Notes under the pieces: model-generated
Told to the model about the DNA's origin: nothing
Seen by the model: only the letters and a program-made list of their open reading frames with translations
The model's database searches: none
Shown here: in pieces, positions 59,664 through 64,000 of the stretch
How positions within the stretch are numbered: the stretch's first letter is position 1
Layout of the letters: each line of letters starts with the position of its first letter
Assembly (NCBI GenBank): GCA_964016885.1
Contig: OZ024743.1
Coordinates: 255,316,001-255,380,000, forward strand
From: Eledone cirrhosa
Lineage: Eukaryota
Reading direction: 5' to 3'
DNA length: 64,000 nt
Program-made: the position numbers and the translations under genes

Positions 59664-62616
59664 CTTTGAATAACTTTGAAATGTTTTGGCCAGTATTGGC
59701 CCAGGCCATGTCTAACTTAATAGCACCACCTGGCGAAGTCTTTCAATTCAGGATTTGGGCACCATGGCCCATTCGAGAAGAGAATTACTGTTTGCGGAGA
59801 CATATCCGGGTGTGGGTGGTTTGTCCGGGATTACTTGGAGGAATTTGTCCAAAGACTTCTTGAATTTTGTGTGGTCAGTTTCTGTTTTGACGTGTCCTGG
59901 TGTGATGTTGAAGAGAGCAGGGCCGATTGAGGTGAAATAATTGTGCCGTATTGTTGTTATGAGTTGCGATTTAGATTTTTGAATGGGACGGATAGCACGG
60001 GGCCCAAGCCTTGGGTGTATCTTGAAGGCGATGCCAACATCATTTGGGCAGTGATGATGGAACATTTTCCACATCATGCAGATAATATAACGCTCACGGC
60101 GACGTTGGAGTGAGTAAAGTTTCAGGTTTTCCAATCGACCCCAGTAGTCAAGGTCTGACATGCCATCTATCTTTTTCGTGATTGCCCTTTGAGGAGCTTC
60201 AAGTTTCATGATACTTTGTTTCGTGTGGGGAGACCACAGTGGACAACAGTATTCAAGGTGTGGTCGGGCGAAAGTAGAGAAGAGAAGGATAATGGTGCGG
60301 GAATCTCTCGACTGGAAGGTTCTGAGGATCCAGGAACACATTCTGCGGGCCATGTCAACTTTGCTGCTTATATGCGTGGTCCAGCTTATGTTGCTGTCCA
60401 CGGTTACTCCCAAGTCTCTGATGTTGTTAGATGCCACGAGAGTTTCCCCGGAGGGAAGGGAGTACGGGAGTTTCAGAGCATCCTCTTTTCCAAAGTGGAT
60501 CAGTTCGAATTTGTCTTCGTTCAGTAACATGTTGTTCTTTTCTGCCCATTGGGTAACAGCCAGTAGGTCTGACTGAAGGCTTATCCGGTCATCCACGCCA
60601 TTGATGACCTTTTGGAGCTTGGAATCATCAGCGAAAATTTTAATGTTGCTGTGTTTGATGATGTCAGTGATGTCATTAATATAGATGATGAAGAGAAGTG
60701 GGCCCAACACAGTGCCTTGTGGGACTCCACTACTGACTTTGGCTGGGCTTGATTTGACTCCCTCAACTACAACATGTTGGGTTCTGTTTGACAGGAAGCT
60801 CTTGATCCACTGCAGCAGCTTTCCAGTGACACCAATATTGGACAGCTTTCTCAGTAGAATGTTATGATCAACCCTGTCAAAGGCCTTGCTGAAATCAAGG
60901 TAGATAACATCAGTGTTGGAACCCTCTCCCAAGGCTCTCAAAATGTCATCAAAGTGATGCAGTAGTTGCGTCAGTCAATCCCTTCCATTACGGAATCCAT
61001 GCTGGTTGGAGTTCAGCATATTGTTACTCTCAAGGAAGTGGGTCATTCGCGATCTCACCACTCGCTCAAATACCTTAATGATATGAGAGGTGAGTGAGAT
61101 TGGACGGTAATTCACGGCAAGGGATTTGTTTCCCTTTTTGAAAACTGGGACAACAGACTGGGATAGAAGGTTTTCTGGCACATATCCAGCATCCAGTGAG
61201 TTCCGCCACAGATTGGCAAGAGGAGAAGCAAGTTGGTGTTGACACGCCTTCAAGACACAAGCAGGGAACCTATCGGGACCTACTGCTGAATTATGCTTGA
61301 TTTCCCTTATTGCCGCCAAGACATCAGGGGCGCCAAACGTTATGTCCGATAAGGTGTAATGGGGAGTAACATCGCCGATACAGCCCAGATCGGCCATATC
61401 AGGATTGCTGAAAACAGAGCAGTATTGTTTCTGCAGTATCTCACCCATGGTTTTAGCATTGTCTTGAAGAGTGCCATTTTCATCAATTAGAGGGCCAACA
61501 GTAGAGCCAGTGATTTTGTGTTTTTTTGCAAATGAAAAGAACACTTTGGGATTGAGTTTGATCTTCTCAATGGCCCAGGCCTCTTCAGCTCTTCTCTGAT
61601 TGTTGATGAGGGACATTATGTTGTTTTGGAGGTTATGTTTTTTAATCTCTAGTGATGAAATGGCAGTCAAGTTGATGTGTTGCTGCTGACAGTATTTCAG
61701 CTTGTTAATTTTTTTGTTCGTTCTCTTAATTTTTCTGATGAGCGTTTTTCTATTTCTAGGGATTCTGCTCTTAGATTTGTTTATAGTTCTTAATGGGGTG
61801 TGTTTAGCACATATGTTTGTAACAGTGTCCACAAATGTCTGCCAGGACTTTTTGATGTTAGTGGGTGTATGAGTGTGCGTGAAGGACCAGTCGACATGTG
61901 CAAGATCATGACTGATCGCTTCCCAGTTTGCATTGTGGAAATCCATAGCGTCAAACGGATTGACAGGAGAGATGACATTGGGTTTGTATATTGGACGGTG
62001 GAATCTCAGATCACAGAGAACCATGTCATGATCAGAGAGTAGAGTTTTCTCCACTGCAATATTGTGGATATTGTCAGTGTGATTGCTGAAAATTAAGTCT
62101 AGGACGTTTTTGTGGCACCTCGTTGGTTCGAGCACTAGTTGGGATAGGAAGAAATCATCCATGAAGTCAAGAAGCGATTCCACAGCTTCCCTGTCAGAGG
62201 TTGAGGCAGAAGAACCTGGTGGCAGGGTGTTTGTGGACCAGTCAACTCCGGGGAGGTTGAAGTCCCCCATCATTAAGATGTTGTCAGGGTGACACTCTTG
62301 GATGAAACACTTTATGCTGTTGAGGCATTCCTTGAAGCATGGTACAGGCGTTTGGGGTGGCCTATAGAGCCCAACTACTAATAGGTTGTTGGTTTGACTG
62401 AATACAGTGACTGCCTCACAGTATCCATTAGTGAATATGTTCATAGCCTCTGTTGAGAAAGAATTATGGACATAAATGGCAGTTCCGCCCTTTCTTCTGC
62501 CAGCGCGATCAGCACGGATGGCTTTGAAATTTTTCACTTTCACCTCGGCTTCCAAGTGGAGGTTACTGAGATGGGTTTCAGTGAAGACGAAGAAAGGGAT
62601 GTGGTTTGGATGGACA
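59660..62616 (-). mobile_element. CR1-group LINE, copy 3 (ORF2 broken by one stop at ~60975)
   Basis: ORFs 60975-62648 and 59748-60941 are in the same frame, separated by RD*LTQ (TGC to TGA); same tail; flanked by TA. Confidence 0.95.
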
Positions 62617-62644
62617 TATGTATATATATGTATATATATGTATA

Positions 62645-62975
62645 TCATCTCATTTTACGTCCACTTTTCCCTGCTTGCAAGGGTGGGACGGGAACTGATT
62701 CTGGCTTGATTTCTACAGCTGGATGCCCTTCCTAACACCAACCTCATTTACAGTGAGTGCTGGGTGCTTTTTTGCCGTGGCACCTCCACGACCACTTTAC
62801 AGTGGAATGATAGGGACCCCAGTCCCTATCATCTCATTTCTACAGCTGAGTAAACTGGAGCAATGTGAAATAAAGTGCCTTGCTCAAGGAAACAACACAT
62901 CACCCGGTCTGAGAATTGAACTCACAACCTTTTGATTGCAAGGCCAATGCTCTAACCACTAAGCCATGTGCCTCC
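62645..62975 (-). mobile_element. tRNA-derived SINE with RTE tail (second copy)
   Basis: Reverse complement closely matches 33108-33456. Confidence 0.92.
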
Positions 62976-63017
<42 letters not shown>

Positions 63018-63019
<2 letters not shown>

Positions 63020-64000
63020 CATCATCATCATCATCATCACCGTTTTACGTCCGTTCTTCCACGCTAGCATGGGTTAGACGGGTTGTCCTGTTGTGGGCAG
63101 TGTCTGGTCGGCTGACCATGCCTTGCTCATACAGGAACTGATCTGGCTTGATTTCTACAGCTGGATGCCCTTCCTAACACCAACCTCATTTACAGTGAGT
63201 GCTGGGTGCTTTTTCGTGGCGCCTACACGTCCACTTTACAGTGTGGGCTGGGTGCTTTTTTGCCGTGGCACCTCCACGACCACCTTGCGGTGGTGGGGGG
63301 GGGGGGGGCATATTGTTTATATGCTTCAGCATGTACCCATGGGAGGTCGGGTACCCTGTATTACTGCGTGACGCCAGAAGTCACGGTCATGTGTCATTGA
63401 CTTTGAGAGGTGTAGTTGGGTAAGGTCGGCTTTTATCACCTCATCCCAAGTCATCTTGGGTCTCCCCACTCCGCGGTTTCCATCAACTTCTAGTGCTCTG
63501 CACCTTTTTATGCAGCTGTCATCCTTCATACGCATCACATGTCCATACCAGCGTAACCGCCTCTCCTGCACGCAGCATTTGATTCCTCTTATGCTCAGTC
63601 TCTCTCTCAATTCATTTATGCTTTGTCGTTCACGTATATTACTGTTACACATCCATCGGAGCATGCAGGCTTCGTTTCTCTCTAATCTACGTAAGTCTTC
63701 CACCTTCAGCGCCCAGGTCTCACTACCATGCAACATCGCTGTTCGGATACACGCATCATACAGTCTGCCTTTCATTCTGAGGGAGAAGCCTTTTGCAGCT
63801 AGCAGTGGTAGTAGTTCCCTAAACTTCTTCCATCCCGTTCTTACCCTAGTTATTGTACTTTCTGAGCACCCACCTCCGTTGCTAATTCGGTCACCTAGGT
63901 AGCAGAAGCTGTCTACTGTTTCTACAGGGCCCTCCCAGAGATTGGTGGTACTTGTTTCCTGTGGCTGTTTGCTTGCTGTTTCAGCACAGCTGCTGCATGT
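63018..64000 (-). mobile_element. RTE LINE, second subfamily, continuing beyond the window
   Basis: ORF 63326-63775 [36 protein letters not shown]; 3' UTR shared with 4506-4872. Confidence 0.95.

Overview
AT-rich eukaryotic (animal) DNA made almost entirely of transposable-element pieces separated by long (TA)n/(TATG)n microsatellites. The SINE types and microsatellite load suggest an octopod cephalopod, but that is inference only. The long IYIY-type ORFs in the track are microsatellite artefacts. Recognisable elements: two mariner derivatives; several RTE-clade LINE fragments with their partner tRNA-SINE; three near-identical young CR1-group LINE copies inserted in TA tracts; one internally deleted Gypsy element with both LTRs; a ~3.5 kb Helitron derivative with a nested MITE and SINE; and several Penelope-like element (PLE) remnants. 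No complete host gene is visible, only two weak exon candidates. The most notable feature is a non-coding array at 38260-40302: ~5.5 head-to-tail copies of a 310-bp highly self-complementary unit plus one inverted copy. Each complete unit carries an intact minimal type-I hammerhead ribozyme motif, so it looks like a young retrozyme-like / non-autonomous PLE family. An older, decayed 330-bp relative lies at ~25.9-26.3 kb, and at least six further hammerhead-like motifs mark other PLE termini in the window. All calls were made by eye, without alignment or folding software.
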